Shown: positions 53,647 to 63,220, counted from the stretch's first letter. The stretch is 64,000 nt of DNA from Candidatus Sulfotelmatobacter sp. (GCA_049519055.1 JBEKRE010000007.1:21339-85338), one strand, 5' to 3'. The notes: generated by a model not told the origin, from the letters alone. Program-made: numbers and translations.

Positions 53647-55005
53647 CTACTCGTTCACCACAATACCCAAGGTTTTCATCTTGCGGTATAAATGGCTTCG
53701 CTCCAATCCCAGCACTTCAGCCGCGCGCGTTACATTGCCGTGGTTCTCGTCGAGTTTCTTCAAAATAAAATCGCGCTCGTAGGCGTCCCGCGCCTGATGC
53801 AATGTGGAGAACTCGCTTCGCGCCGCGCGTCGATGACCATCGCGATAAACTAGCGGAGGCAGGTGTTTGCGGTCCAATCGTGTGATCATGGGATTCATAA
53901 TCACGATTCGTTCAATCACGTTGCGCAGTTCGCGCACATTTCCCGGCCATGAATAACGCATCAGCCCTTCGATGGCGTCGTCTGTAATTTCGCGCGGACG
54001 CCGCCCGTAAGTCGCAGCCAGATCTTTCAAGAAGTGGCGCGCCAGTAGCGGAATATCTTCCTTCCTGTCGCGCAGGGGCGGCACAAAAAATGGAATCACA
54101 TTGAGCCGGTAAAACAGGTCTTCGCGAAAATTTCCAATGGAGATTTCCTCTTCCAGATCTTTGTTCGTCGAAGCGATGATGCGTGCATCCACGGTAATGG
54201 TTTCGTCGCTGCCCAGTGGCGTAACCCGCTGTTCATCCAGCGTACGCAGCACCTTGGACTGGGTTTTCAAGCTCATGTCACCCACTTCATCGAGAAACAG
54301 GGTTCCCCCGTTCGCCTTCTGAAACTTTCCGTCCTTGTCTACGGTTGCACCCGGAAACGATCCTTTGTAATGACCGAAGAGTTCGCTCTCAATCAAGTCT
54401 TCGGGAATTGCCGCACAATTAACCTCGACGAAGGTCTCGTCCTTGCGCAGACTCTGCGCATGGATCGCGTGCGCGACCAGTTCTTTCCCCGTTCCGGATT
54501 CGCCGTAGATCAAAACGCGGCCGTTGGTGGGCGCCATCAGACCGATCTGCTGGCGCAACGCTTTCATCGGAATACTGTCGCCCGCAATCAAGCTCTTGGC
54601 GTGCAGCTGTTTCTTTAGGTCAACGTTTTCGTGCCGCAGTTTTTTCGATTCGATCGCATTCTTGACCAGAATCAAGGTCTTGTCGATGGAAAGAGGTTTT
54701 TCCAAGAAGTCATAGGCGCCCAGTTTGGTGGCGCGCACAGCCGTTTCGATGGTGCCATGTCCCGAAATCATGATCACTTCAGGCGCGGTATCGAGTTCGC
54801 GAATTTTTTCCAGCGTCTCCAGGCCATCAATGCCGGGCAGCCAGATATCGAGCAACACCACTTCGTAGTTGTGCTCGCGCCGCAATAGCTTCAGGCATTC
54901 TTCACCACTCGCCACGCAAGCGGTTTCGTAGCCTTCGTCTGCCAGTACTCCCTGCAGCGATTCGCGAATGCCGGATTCGTCATCAACCACGAGAATTTTA
55001 CGCAT
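53647..55005 (-). CDS. NtrC-family (AAA+ / Fis-HTH) response regulator, NtrX-like
   Basis: The receiver domain ('ILVVDDE...LLDIWLPG') is followed by an AAA+ domain with Walker A 'GESGTGKE' and a C-terminal HTH 'GNVTRAAEVLGLERSHLYRKMK'. The start is set at 'MRKILVVDD' and overlaps the upstream kinase stop by 8 nt. Confidence 0.88.
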   Translation of the reverse strand: MRKILVVDDESGIRESLQGVLADEGYETACVASGEECLKLLRREHNYEVVLLDIWLPGIDGLETLEKIRELDTAPEVIMISGHGTIETAVRATKLGAYDFLEKPLSIDKTLILVKNAIESKKLRHENVDLKKQLHAKSLIAGDSIPMKALRQQIGLMAPTNGRVLIYGESGTGKELVAHAIHAQSLRKDETFVEVNCAAIPEDLIESELFGHYKGSFPGATVDKDGKFQKANGGTLFLDEVGDMSLKTQSKVLRTLDEQRVTPLGSDETITVDARIIASTNKDLEEEISIGNFREDLFYRLNVIPFFVPPLRDRKEDIPLLARHFLKDLAATYGRRPREITDDAIEGLMRYSWPGNVRELRNVIERIVIMNPMITRLDRKHLPPLVYRDGHRRAARSEFSTLHQARDAYERDFILKKLDENHGNVTRAAEVLGLERSHLYRKMKTLGIVVNE

Positions 55006-57244
55006 GTTGAGCTGTGGGAGAGGCGAGCGCAGCTTCGGGAACAACTGGCAACTCCACGATGAAGCGCGCCCCTACTGGCTGGTTCTCCTCCACGCGAATG
55101 GATCCGTGGTGCTCTTCGATGACCCGGCTTACGATTGCCAAGCCAAGTCCGGTCCCTCTTTTCCTGGTGGAGAAATAAGGAAGAAACAGTTTTTCCTTCA
55201 ACTCGCGAGTTACCCCGTGTCCAGTATCGGCGACAGTGATCTCGACTGCATCGCGGCTTGCCACCAGCGATGTCGAAATCTGGATCTCGCGCACCAATGA
55301 ATCTTGCATAGCTTCGGCAGCATTGTCTACCAGGTTGGCAAGCGCCCGCTTGATCGCTTCCGCGTCCGCCATCACCTTCGGCAGATCGCAAGCAAGCGAC
55401 CTGTGCACATCGATGCCGTCCAATCTTCCCTGGAACATAGAAAGGGCATTCTCGATCACTTCGTTGATATCCGCCGGATGAGGATTGGACGCGGGAAAGC
55501 GAGCCAAAGAGGAGAACTCGTCCACCAATCGGCGAACTGTTTCAACCGCGCCTGCAATCGTTTGAGCGCATGATCGGACGATCTCCAACGAGGCTTGGTC
55601 GGGAGTCGTAGCCCGCTCCAGATGGCGCTGAATCCGCTCTGCCGACAGAGCGATCGGCGTGAGCGGATTCTTGATCTCGTGCGCCACTCGGCGTGCCACT
55701 TCCCGCCATGCTGCCTGTTTCTGTGCTTTCAGCAGATCAGAGAGATCTTCGAATACGATCACGTATCCCGACTGCTCATGCTGGCGGCGCAGCGTTGCCA
55801 CGGTCACCGCTACATTCAGTGACGCGCGTTGCAGCGGCATCTCCATTTGGCTGGTTGTCATTCCCATGCGATCAGCGCGGCGAAGCAGCGGCTCCAGGTC
55901 CTGCAATACTTCCGGTGGAAATACGTCCGCCAGGCGCGCCCCGCGCAGCATGCGCTTCGCGTCCGCATATCCCTCGGGATGAAAAATGCGCTGCAAAGCT
56001 TGGTTCGCGTGCGTGACCGTCCGGCCGGCATCGAGGGATAGAACTCCAGTCGGGATGCTTTCGAGGATCGTCTCCATCTGGCGGCGGCGCTGGTCGAGTT
56101 CGGCGTTGGCAGCGCTCACATCGCGACTGGACGCCTCAATCTGCCGCCGGCTAATTTCTAACTCCTCAGCCATCCGGTTGAATGAGCGGACCAGGTCTCC
56201 AATTTCGTCGGCAGCGCTTACGTCAATCCGGTAATCAAGACGTCCACGGGAAATTTCCTGCGTCGCCTCCGCCAACGCAGCCAGCGGACGAGTCACCAGT
56301 TTCGAGAGAAACAGCGCCAGCCACGTGGTCACGAACAGCACCATCATGGTTAGCAACAGGAGCAGGCCCATGTACGTCTGGCGCACGTGCTTGCGCTCGC
56401 GGCTAAGCTGAAGGTAACGCAGTTGGCTGGCTTCAATCTGCTTCACGGTCCTGGAGAACTCCGCCGGGAGCGGGATCGCCACCAGAATCAACCCGTCCTT
56501 GCCAACGGGTGCGCTGCCCAATGTGTATTCGGTTTGCGCCCAAACGAAACGTGCAGGTTGACCCGCCGCGGCCTGCGCCAGCGGCAATCGCTCCTTCAAA
56601 ACCGGCCACAGCGCGGGAGTTCCGAGGCTCGCCTCCTCTACTCCATTTCGTATGGCGAGAGTAAATCCGCCCTGCAGAGTGGGCTCGTGAATCCGAAATT
56701 CCTCCACAGTCGCGGCGAATCCATGACCTGCGAAAGCCCTCTGCGTCTCCGGCTCAGCCGCAATGGTAATGGCTTCTGAGCGCGCGTTCTGTGCTGCAAA
56801 CCCCGCCAGCAGCGAAGCCATGGCGTCCGTATCCGCGCGAACCTCTTCCACCGGAGTGGAAAACCACTTATCGATCGAACGGTTCATCAGCCCATAGGCG
56901 AACCAGTACATCACCATGACTGGCACGAATGAAAGCAGGAGTGCGCCCACCACCATTCGCGTGCGGAACTTCGACCCCAGCACTCCCAGACGCCGCTCGG
57001 CAAACAGCTTAAGAAGATTGCGCGCCAGCACGAACGTGAGCGCAACAAACAGCAGAGAAATCAGCAGCGAAAGGGCATAAAAAACCACGACCTGCTGGTT
57101 GGTATCGGGACGCAGTATGGTTTGATTAAACGCCGTTTGCGAGACCAACACGGCGAACAAAAGAAACACAGCAATCGCAAGCAGCACGATCAGCCGCTTT
57201 CGGTTGGAATTTTTCGGAGGTCGGGTTGGAACGTGTTGAGCCAC
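54998..57244 (-). CDS. NtrY-like sensor histidine kinase (multi-TM, HAMP, PAS, HisKA, HATPase_c)
   Basis: It has N-terminal TM helices, a HAMP domain ('RPLAALAEATQEISRGRLDYRI'), the H-box 'HEIKNPLTPI' and 'DTGHGV...GTGLGLAIV'. The start is GTG. Confidence 0.85.
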   Translation of the reverse strand: MAQHVPTRPPKNSNRKRLIVLLAIAVFLLFAVLVSQTAFNQTILRPDTNQQVVVFYALSLLISLLFVALTFVLARNLLKLFAERRLGVLGSKFRTRMVVGALLLSFVPVMVMYWFAYGLMNRSIDKWFSTPVEEVRADTDAMASLLAGFAAQNARSEAITIAAEPETQRAFAGHGFAATVEEFRIHEPTLQGGFTLAIRNGVEEASLGTPALWPVLKERLPLAQAAAGQPARFVWAQTEYTLGSAPVGKDGLILVAIPLPAEFSRTVKQIEASQLRYLQLSRERKHVRQTYMGLLLLLTMMVLFVTTWLALFLSKLVTRPLAALAEATQEISRGRLDYRIDVSAADEIGDLVRSFNRMAEELEISRRQIEASSRDVSAANAELDQRRRQMETILESIPTGVLSLDAGRTVTHANQALQRIFHPEGYADAKRMLRGARLADVFPPEVLQDLEPLLRRADRMGMTTSQMEMPLQRASLNVAVTVATLRRQHEQSGYVIVFEDLSDLLKAQKQAAWREVARRVAHEIKNPLTPIALSAERIQRHLERATTPDQASLEIVRSCAQTIAGAVETVRRLVDEFSSLARFPASNPHPADINEVIENALSMFQGRLDGIDVHRSLACDLPKVMADAEAIKRALANLVDNAAEAMQDSLVREIQISTSLVASRDAVEITVADTGHGVTRELKEKLFLPYFSTRKRGTGLGLAIVSRVIEEHHGSIRVEENQPVGARFIVELPVVPEAALASPTAQHA

Positions 57245-57303
57245 GCGTCAGCAGTCCAGCCCACGCAGGTCATTCACGTTCCGCATGTCTGGATACCGGA
57301 TTC

Positions 57304-57347
57304 ATTATAGATGCTGGTGAATGCTGGGAACGTGGGAGGAATGCTGA
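57304..57347 (-). promoter_or_regulatory. candidate -10 (TATAAT on the minus strand) abutted by three helically phased CCAGCAT/TCAGCAT repeats upstream of the NtrY-like operon
   Basis: The plus strand carries ATTATA at 57304-57309. ATGCTGG at 57311 and at 57321, and ATGCTGA at 57341, give spacings of 10 and 20 bp. The element lies 60-100 bp upstream of the kinase GTG at 57244. Confidence 0.35.
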
Positions 57348-57397
57348 AGGCGTTTCCGGGCTACAAGAACGCCATCGCGGTCGACCGGCTGCCCAGA

Positions 57398-57733
57398 TCA
57401 ATGCCCGCGAGGACGCCCCGCCAACATCTCCTCCAACATGGCAGGGTAGGCGGCCTTCGGCTGATACGCTCGGTCGAAAGGCAGCGCCTCGCCGCCAGCG
57501 CCACGCGAGCGTGAACCCATCCATGAATCCTTGTCCCTGAATCCCCAAGTCGGTATCGCCGTGCAGCCGGCATTGTCCAGGCTTGCTCGGACGATACCGG
57601 GATAGACCTCCGCTTGATTGGTTCGACCTTCCATTCGAACCCTTCCACCAGAATCCAACGGTAGAGAAACGTCAAGCTCCGTGATGTGAACTTGTAACCC
57701 GAGCGCTGTCAGCCACCAAGACGGTCGGCACAA
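57398..57733 (-). pseudogene. GH10 endo-1,4-beta-xylanase relic (C-terminal ~105 aa only)
   Basis: 'ALGLQVHITELDV' (the nucleophile Glu block), 'CTAIPTWGFRDKDSW' and 'LPFDRAYQPKAAY' match the last third of GH10 catalytic domains. There is no room for the N-terminal two thirds before the neighbouring gene at 57780. Confidence 0.65.
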
Positions 57734-57779
57734 TCCGATAAGTTCTCATGAATCTCGCCCGATGTTTTTGAGCCACTAT

Positions 57780-58559
57780 TCACTTCAGACGAGGCAGGAA
57801 GGGTTGTAGAGGACATCCGTCACAAAGGGGCCGTGATTTTCTGCAATAGTTCTTCCCCACGCCCACAATCAGGCCGTGCATTTCGTTGTACACCTGCGTC
57901 AGAGCAGTGCGCTTTGACGTGCTCATCGGCGACGGAGGATGCGCGGCTCCGGAAGGGCCCGCGGCCAGATTATGCGTCGAGCATTCGCGAGATCCGGCAA
58001 TCGGCTCTGCCAGAGGCGCTAGAGCCTGCTCGAGCAGTTCCCGGAGATCTTCATAGCCGGCTTCTTCCGGCAGGATCGCATGCCGCGCTAGAATTCGCCG
58101 CGTGTAGGCGTCCACCACGAATACCGGATGATTGCCGGCGTAGAGCAGAATGGAATCGGCTGTCTCCGGGCCAACCCCATTCAACTGCAGCAGGTCTTCC
58201 CGAAGCTCGGCCGTAGGCCGTGAAAACAATCGCCGCAATGAACCGTCGTACCTTCGATCCAGAAACGCGATGAAGGTTTTCAGCCGCTCGGCCTTCTGAC
58301 GAAAGTACCCCGAGGGCCGAAGCAACTTCTCCAGTTCCCCCCAAGGCACGCACCGAAGGCCTTTTACACTGAGCAATTTGGCCGACCGAAGATTCGCCAG
58401 AGCCTTTTCCACATTCGTCCAAGCTGTGTTCTGGGTCAGATAAGCGCCCACGATTACTTCGAAGCGCGAGCGCGCCGGCCACCAGTTCTGCGGTCCCCAA
58501 GCCTGAAACAGAGTGCGGTAGTAGATCCGGATCTGGTTCTTCCTTGCGCTGTCGAGCAA
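57780..58559 (-). CDS. endonuclease III-related HhH-GPD base-excision repair protein with C-terminal 4Fe-4S cluster loop
   Basis: It has 'FEVIVGAYLTQNTAWTNV', the HhH-GPD block 'LLQLNGVGPETADSILLYA', 'VDAYTRRI' and the C-terminal 'CRKSRPLCDGCPL'. Confidence 0.8.
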   Translation of the reverse strand: MLDSARKNQIRIYYRTLFQAWGPQNWWPARSRFEVIVGAYLTQNTAWTNVEKALANLRSAKLLSVKGLRCVPWGELEKLLRPSGYFRQKAERLKTFIAFLDRRYDGSLRRLFSRPTAELREDLLQLNGVGPETADSILLYAGNHPVFVVDAYTRRILARHAILPEEAGYEDLRELLEQALAPLAEPIAGSRECSTHNLAAGPSGAAHPPSPMSTSKRTALTQVYNEMHGLIVGVGKNYCRKSRPLCDGCPLQPFLPRLK

Positions 58560-58783
58560 GATTGCATCTCCCCAGGCCTGAGTGTACCCCGGAGTTTGAC
58601 GGAGGACAGGTCAACTTCCGAAGGGGCTTCTCGTACTTACCGAAGTGCATGTACTCCGGCCGCAGTTTCCCTGTTTATCTAGAAAAAGGTTCATCTGGCG
58701 CGGGTTTCAGGGCTTGGTTCACTCCGTGGTGAAATCAGCGACAAGTCCAAGTACCACGGTAACTGGTACGGTAATCGACTTGC

Positions 58784-58802
58784 GTTGACAATTTGTGTCA
58801 AC
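58784..58802. promoter_or_regulatory. perfect inverted repeat GTTGACA-ATTTG-TGTCAAC about 100 bp upstream of pilB, a candidate operator or -35 region
   Basis: The arms are 7 bp with a 5-bp spacer. The left arm contains TTGACA. It sits in the 344-nt non-coding stretch before pilB. Confidence 0.35.
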
Positions 58803-58903
58803 ACGAAGACGCTGCTCTCCTCCCATTGGTAAAAGCGGCGCTTTGTGCAAATGCCGGTCACATCGCCAGGCATCGTTCCACTCGGTGGATAGGAGATCGA
58901 CGT

Positions 58904-60625
58904 ATGTCTCAACGGCTGGGTGACCTTCTCGTCAAAGAGAAGATCATTACCCCAGAGCAGTTGGAACAAGCGACTAAAGCCCAGAAGGAGCAGAACTGCC
59001 GCCTGGGCTCCGCTTTGGTGAAGCTCGGCTTCCTTACAGACGAGGACGTCACCAATTTTCTCTCGCGGCAGTATGGCGTTCCCGCCATCAACCTCTCGTA
59101 TTTTGAAATCGATCCCGCTGTCGTCAAGTTGATTCCCTTTGAAACCGCCAAGCGATATCAGATCCTTCCTTTGAGCCGCGTGGGCGCGTCTCTCACCATC
59201 GCCATGGTCGATCCGACCAATGTTTTTGCCATGGACGATATCAAGTTCATGACTGGCTTCAACATCGAGCCGGTGGTTGCTTCGGAAAGCTCCATTCTCG
59301 CGGGCATCGAAAAATCCTACGGCGGCCCCAAAGAGAAGGAAGAAGATCTCGAAACCGTAATGCAGTCGATGTCGGAGATGAATGAAAGCGACGTCGAACT
59401 GCAGGCGGAAGAACAGCAGATGGAACTGTCACAGCTGGAAAGAGCTGCTGACGAAGCTCCCGTGGTCAAGCTAGTCAACATCGTGCTCGGCGATGCGGTG
59501 AAGCGGGGCGCTAGCGACATCCACATCGAGCCTTACGAAAAGGAGTTTCGCGTCCGTTTCCGCATTGACGGTGTTCTGCAGTCCATCATGTCGCCGCCCA
59601 TGAAGCTGAAGGACGCCATTACCTCCCGCCTGAAGATCATGGCGAAGCTGGATATCAGCGAGAAGCGCCTCCCGCAAGACGGCCGCATCATGCTGAAAAT
59701 GAATATTGGCGGCCGCAAGAAGCAGCTCGACTTCCGTGTCAGCACCCTGCCCACACTGTGGGGCGAGAAAATCGTCCTGCGCTTGCTCGACAAAGAAAAC
59801 CTGCGGCTCGATATGACCAAGCTGGGCTTCGAGCCGGAGTCTTTGGTCAAGTTTGAAAAGGCCATTCTTAAACCTTACGGCATGGTGCTGGTCACAGGTC
59901 CTACGGGTTCCGGAAAAACCAACACTCTGTATTCGTCCATCTCGCGTCTCAACCAGCCCGATACAAACATCATGACGGCCGAAGACCCCGTCGAATTTCA
60001 GTTGGCTGGCGTCAACCAGGTGCAGATGAAGGAGCAGATCGGATTGAATTTTGCAGCGGCTCTGCGTTCCTTCCTTCGGCAAGATCCCAACATCATTCTG
60101 GTCGGCGAAATCCGCGACTTCGAAACCGCAGAAATTGCCATTAAAGCCGCGCTCACCGGCCACCTCGTGCTCTCCACTCTGCATACCAATGGGGCGCCTG
60201 AAACCATCACCCGATTGATGAACATGGGAATCGAACCTTTCCTGGTGGCGACGTCAGTCCACTTGATTTGCGCCCAGCGCCTGGTTCGGCGAATTTGCAA
60301 GGAATGCGCGGAAGTGGTCGAAGTCCCGGTTCAAACCCTCATCGAAGAAGGATTTTCGCCAGAAGAGGCCAAGACCATCAAGATTCAGAAGGGCAAGGGC
60401 TGTGGCATCTGCAATAACACCGGCTACAAAGGCCGCTGCGGATTGTATGAAGTGATGGAAGTGGATGACGAGATCAGGGAACTGGTCCTGGTGGGCGCGT
60501 CTGCGGTTGAACTGAAAAAGAAAGCGATCGAACGCGGCATGATTACGCTGCGCCGAAGTGGTTTGATCAAAGTTGCAGCGGGCATGACCACTCTCGAGGA
60601 AGTTGCTCGCGAAACCATTCATTGA
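58904..60625 (+). CDS. pilB: type IV pilus assembly ATPase PilB (GspE family)
   Basis: It has an N-terminal GSPII_E_N domain ('LGDLLVKEKIITPEQLEQA'), Walker A 'GPTGSGKTN', 'ILVGEIRD' and the tetracysteine motif 'CKEC...CGICNNTGYKGRC'. ATG 58904 follows AGGAG. Confidence 0.92.
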   Translation: MSQRLGDLLVKEKIITPEQLEQATKAQKEQNCRLGSALVKLGFLTDEDVTNFLSRQYGVPAINLSYFEIDPAVVKLIPFETAKRYQILPLSRVGASLTIAMVDPTNVFAMDDIKFMTGFNIEPVVASESSILAGIEKSYGGPKEKEEDLETVMQSMSEMNESDVELQAEEQQMELSQLERAADEAPVVKLVNIVLGDAVKRGASDIHIEPYEKEFRVRFRIDGVLQSIMSPPMKLKDAITSRLKIMAKLDISEKRLPQDGRIMLKMNIGGRKKQLDFRVSTLPTLWGEKIVLRLLDKENLRLDMTKLGFEPESLVKFEKAILKPYGMVLVTGPTGSGKTNTLYSSISRLNQPDTNIMTAEDPVEFQLAGVNQVQMKEQIGLNFAAALRSFLRQDPNIILVGEIRDFETAEIAIKAALTGHLVLSTLHTNGAPETITRLMNMGIEPFLVATSVHLICAQRLVRRICKECAEVVEVPVQTLIEEGFSPEEAKTIKIQKGKGCGICNNTGYKGRCGLYEVMEVDDEIRELVLVGASAVELKKKAIERGMITLRRSGLIKVAAGMTTLEEVARETIH

Positions 60626-60652
60626 TTCGCGGTCTGAAGGAAGGAAACAATT

Positions 60653-61783
60653 ATGGGTTTGTCGTTAAGCGATCTGCTCAAAAGAATGCTGGAGATGAGC
60701 GGCAGTGATCTTCACATCACCACCAACTCGCCTCCTCAGATCCGTGTGCACGGACATCTGGTGCCACTCGATTTGCCGCAGATGACTCCGGCCGAGACCA
60801 AACAACTCGCCTACAGCGTCATGACCGATTCGCAGAAGCACCGCTTCGAGGAAAGCCTCGAACTCGACTTCTCTTTCGGATTGAAAGGCCTGGCCCGCTT
60901 CCGCGCCAACGTCTTCAACCAGCGCGGCGCCACCGCTGCCGTATTTCGTCTGATTCCGTTTGAGATCAAGTCTTTCAATCAGCTAGGCCTGCCTCCGGTG
61001 GTCAGCAAGCTTTGCGACAAACCGCGCGGCCTGGTGCTGGTGACGGGTCCGACCGGCTCTGGTAAATCCACAACCCTCGCCGCCATGATCGACAAAATTA
61101 ACAGCGAGCGGCACGATCACATCCTCACCATTGAGGATCCGATCGAGTTCGTGCACATGAACAAGAACTGCGTGGTCAACCAGCGCGAACTGCATGCCGA
61201 TACCAGGAGCTTTACCGACGCCTTGCGCGCCGCCCTCCGGGAAGATCCCGACGTCGTGCTCATCGGTGAAATGCGCGATTTGGAAACCATAGAATCGGCC
61301 CTCCGTATTGCGGAAACCGGCCACTTGACTTTCGGCACCTTGCATACCAATTCGGCTACCTCCACCATCAACCGCATCATCGACGTCTTTCCGGCTCACC
61401 AGCAGCCGCAGATTCGTGCTCAGCTCTCGCTGGTTTTGGAAGGGGTCATGTGCCAAACCCTTCTGCCAACGGTGAACGGCAAGGGTCGAATCATGATTAT
61501 GGAGATCCTTATCCCCAACCCCGCGGTCCGCAACCTGATTCGCGAGGACAAAATTCACCAGGTCTATTCGGCCATGCAGTCCGGGCAAGACAAGTTCGGT
61601 ATGCAAACGTTTAATCAAGCCTTGGCCACGGCCTATTTGCAGAAGCAGGTTTCGCTGGAGACGGCTCTGCAGCGGTCCAGCAATCCGGACGAGTTGCAGG
61701 AAATGATTAATCGCGGCGCCAGCTTGACAAACCGAGGCGGAGCCTCCGGGGCAAGCATGGCGCGAGGAGCGTCGAAGGGTTAG
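60653..61783 (+). CDS. pilT: type IV pilus retraction ATPase PilT
   Basis: 'SDLHIT', Walker A 'GPTGSGKST', 'TIEDPIEF', 'VLIGEMRDLETI' and 'GHLTFGTLHTNSA' are PilT blocks. Confidence 0.92.
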   Translation: MGLSLSDLLKRMLEMSGSDLHITTNSPPQIRVHGHLVPLDLPQMTPAETKQLAYSVMTDSQKHRFEESLELDFSFGLKGLARFRANVFNQRGATAAVFRLIPFEIKSFNQLGLPPVVSKLCDKPRGLVLVTGPTGSGKSTTLAAMIDKINSERHDHILTIEDPIEFVHMNKNCVVNQRELHADTRSFTDALRAALREDPDVVLIGEMRDLETIESALRIAETGHLTFGTLHTNSATSTINRIIDVFPAHQQPQIRAQLSLVLEGVMCQTLLPTVNGKGRIMIMEILIPNPAVRNLIREDKIHQVYSAMQSGQDKFGMQTFNQALATAYLQKQVSLETALQRSSNPDELQEMINRGASLTNRGGASGASMARGASKG

Positions 61784-61878
61784 AGGCATTGAGAGCGACG
61801 CCAACATGCACGATCGGCCAGTTGGGCCGCAAAGCAATTCAGCAATCAGCGACCACGAGTTGAGGAGAGGTTAACCAC

Positions 61879-63087
61879 ATGCCAGTTTTCACATTTTCCG
61901 GCAAGGATGCCTCCGGAGAGAAGGTTTCCGGAGAACGCAATGCGCCCAACAAAGAGGCGCTTGGACAGCAGTTGCGACGCGAGCGAATTGTTCCCGGGGC
62001 CATCCGGGAAAAAGGCAAAGAGTTTTCCCTGCCCACCTTCGGATCCAGCAAGGTCAAGACCAAGGACATCGCGATCTTCTTTCGCCAGTTCTCGGTCATG
62101 ATCGATGCTGGCTTGCCGCTGGTGCAGTGCCTTGAAATTCTGGCTGCGAACCAGGAGAACCAGGCTTTCCAAAAGACGCTGACCGGCGTCCGCACCACCG
62201 TAGAAGGCGGTGCGACTCTGGCCAACGCCATGCGCCAGTACCCCATCGTCTTCGATGACCTCACCACCAACATGATTGAGGCTGGCGAAACGGGCGGTAT
62301 TCTGGACATCATTCTGCAGCGCCTGGCAACGTATGTAGAAAAAGCCGTGCGCTTGAAATCCGCCGTCAAGTCAGCCCTGATCTATCCCATCTCCGTTGTG
62401 AGCATCGCGACTCTGATCGTCGGCGCGCTGCTCAAGTGGGTGGTGCCCATCTTTGCCAATCTGTTCGCTGGCCTGGGAGTTGCCCTCCCGCTCCCCACGC
62501 GCATCGTCATGGGATTGAGCGCGTTCGTGCAGAACTTCTGGTGGGTTGTCATCGGGGCCGTGATCGGCCTGATCTTCGGCATCAAGCAAATCCGCAAGCA
62601 CCCGCAAGGCCGCTATTACTTCGACAAGATGCTGCTCAAGTTGCCAGTCATCGGTACGCTGTTGCGGAAGATTGCCGTAGGACGTTTTACTCGTACCCTG
62701 GGCACCTTGATCACTTCGGGCGTGCCCATCTTGGAAGGTTTGGCCATCACCGCAAAGACTTCCGGCAACGCCGTTCTCGAAGAAGCGTTGATGAAGGTGC
62801 GGAAAGCCATCGAAGAGGGCCGAACGATCGTCGATCCCCTCCGGGAATGCGGCGTGTTTCCCAACATGGTCACCCAGATGATCGGAGTCGGCGAAGCCAC
62901 CGGCGCCATGGACAACATGCTGCAGAAGATCGCTGACTTCTACGAAGAAGAAGTGGATGCGGCTACCAAGGACATGTTGGCCATGCTGGAACCCCTGATC
63001 ATCAGCACTCTGGGACTTGCGATCGGCGGCATTGTGATAGCGCTCTACATGCCATTATTCGCCATGATCGCCAAGCTGGCAGGCTAG
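61879..63087 (+). CDS. pilC: type IV pilus platform protein PilC (T2SS F family)
   Basis: It has two T2SSF repeats ('FFRQFSVMIDAGLPLVQCL', 'FTRTLGTLITSGVPILEGL'), a length of 402 aa, and a GAGGAGAGG Shine-Dalgarno sequence. Confidence 0.92.
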   Translation: MPVFTFSGKDASGEKVSGERNAPNKEALGQQLRRERIVPGAIREKGKEFSLPTFGSSKVKTKDIAIFFRQFSVMIDAGLPLVQCLEILAANQENQAFQKTLTGVRTTVEGGATLANAMRQYPIVFDDLTTNMIEAGETGGILDIILQRLATYVEKAVRLKSAVKSALIYPISVVSIATLIVGALLKWVVPIFANLFAGLGVALPLPTRIVMGLSAFVQNFWWVVIGAVIGLIFGIKQIRKHPQGRYYFDKMLLKLPVIGTLLRKIAVGRFTRTLGTLITSGVPILEGLAITAKTSGNAVLEEALMKVRKAIEEGRTIVDPLRECGVFPNMVTQMIGVGEATGAMDNMLQKIADFYEEEVDAATKDMLAMLEPLIISTLGLAIGGIVIALYMPLFAMIAKLAG

Positions 63088-63096
63088 CACAACGCT

Positions 63097-63134
63097 CCAG
63101 GAGCCGCTGCTTCTCTCTCTGAAACGGCTCCTGG
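63097..63134 (+). terminator. 10-bp perfect hairpin after pilC, a possible terminator or processing site
   Basis: The hairpin is CCAGGAGCCG-(18 nt)-CGGCTCCTGG. The trailing sequence CTTCTAAAAA is only a weak U-tract. Confidence 0.3.
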
Positions 63135-63220
63135 CTTCTAAAAAGCCGTGGGCGGACAGAGGCGGGTTCGCCAAATCAAAATCCGCAGCTGGATATTTTT
63201 CCAGATTTATCAGGACCTGA

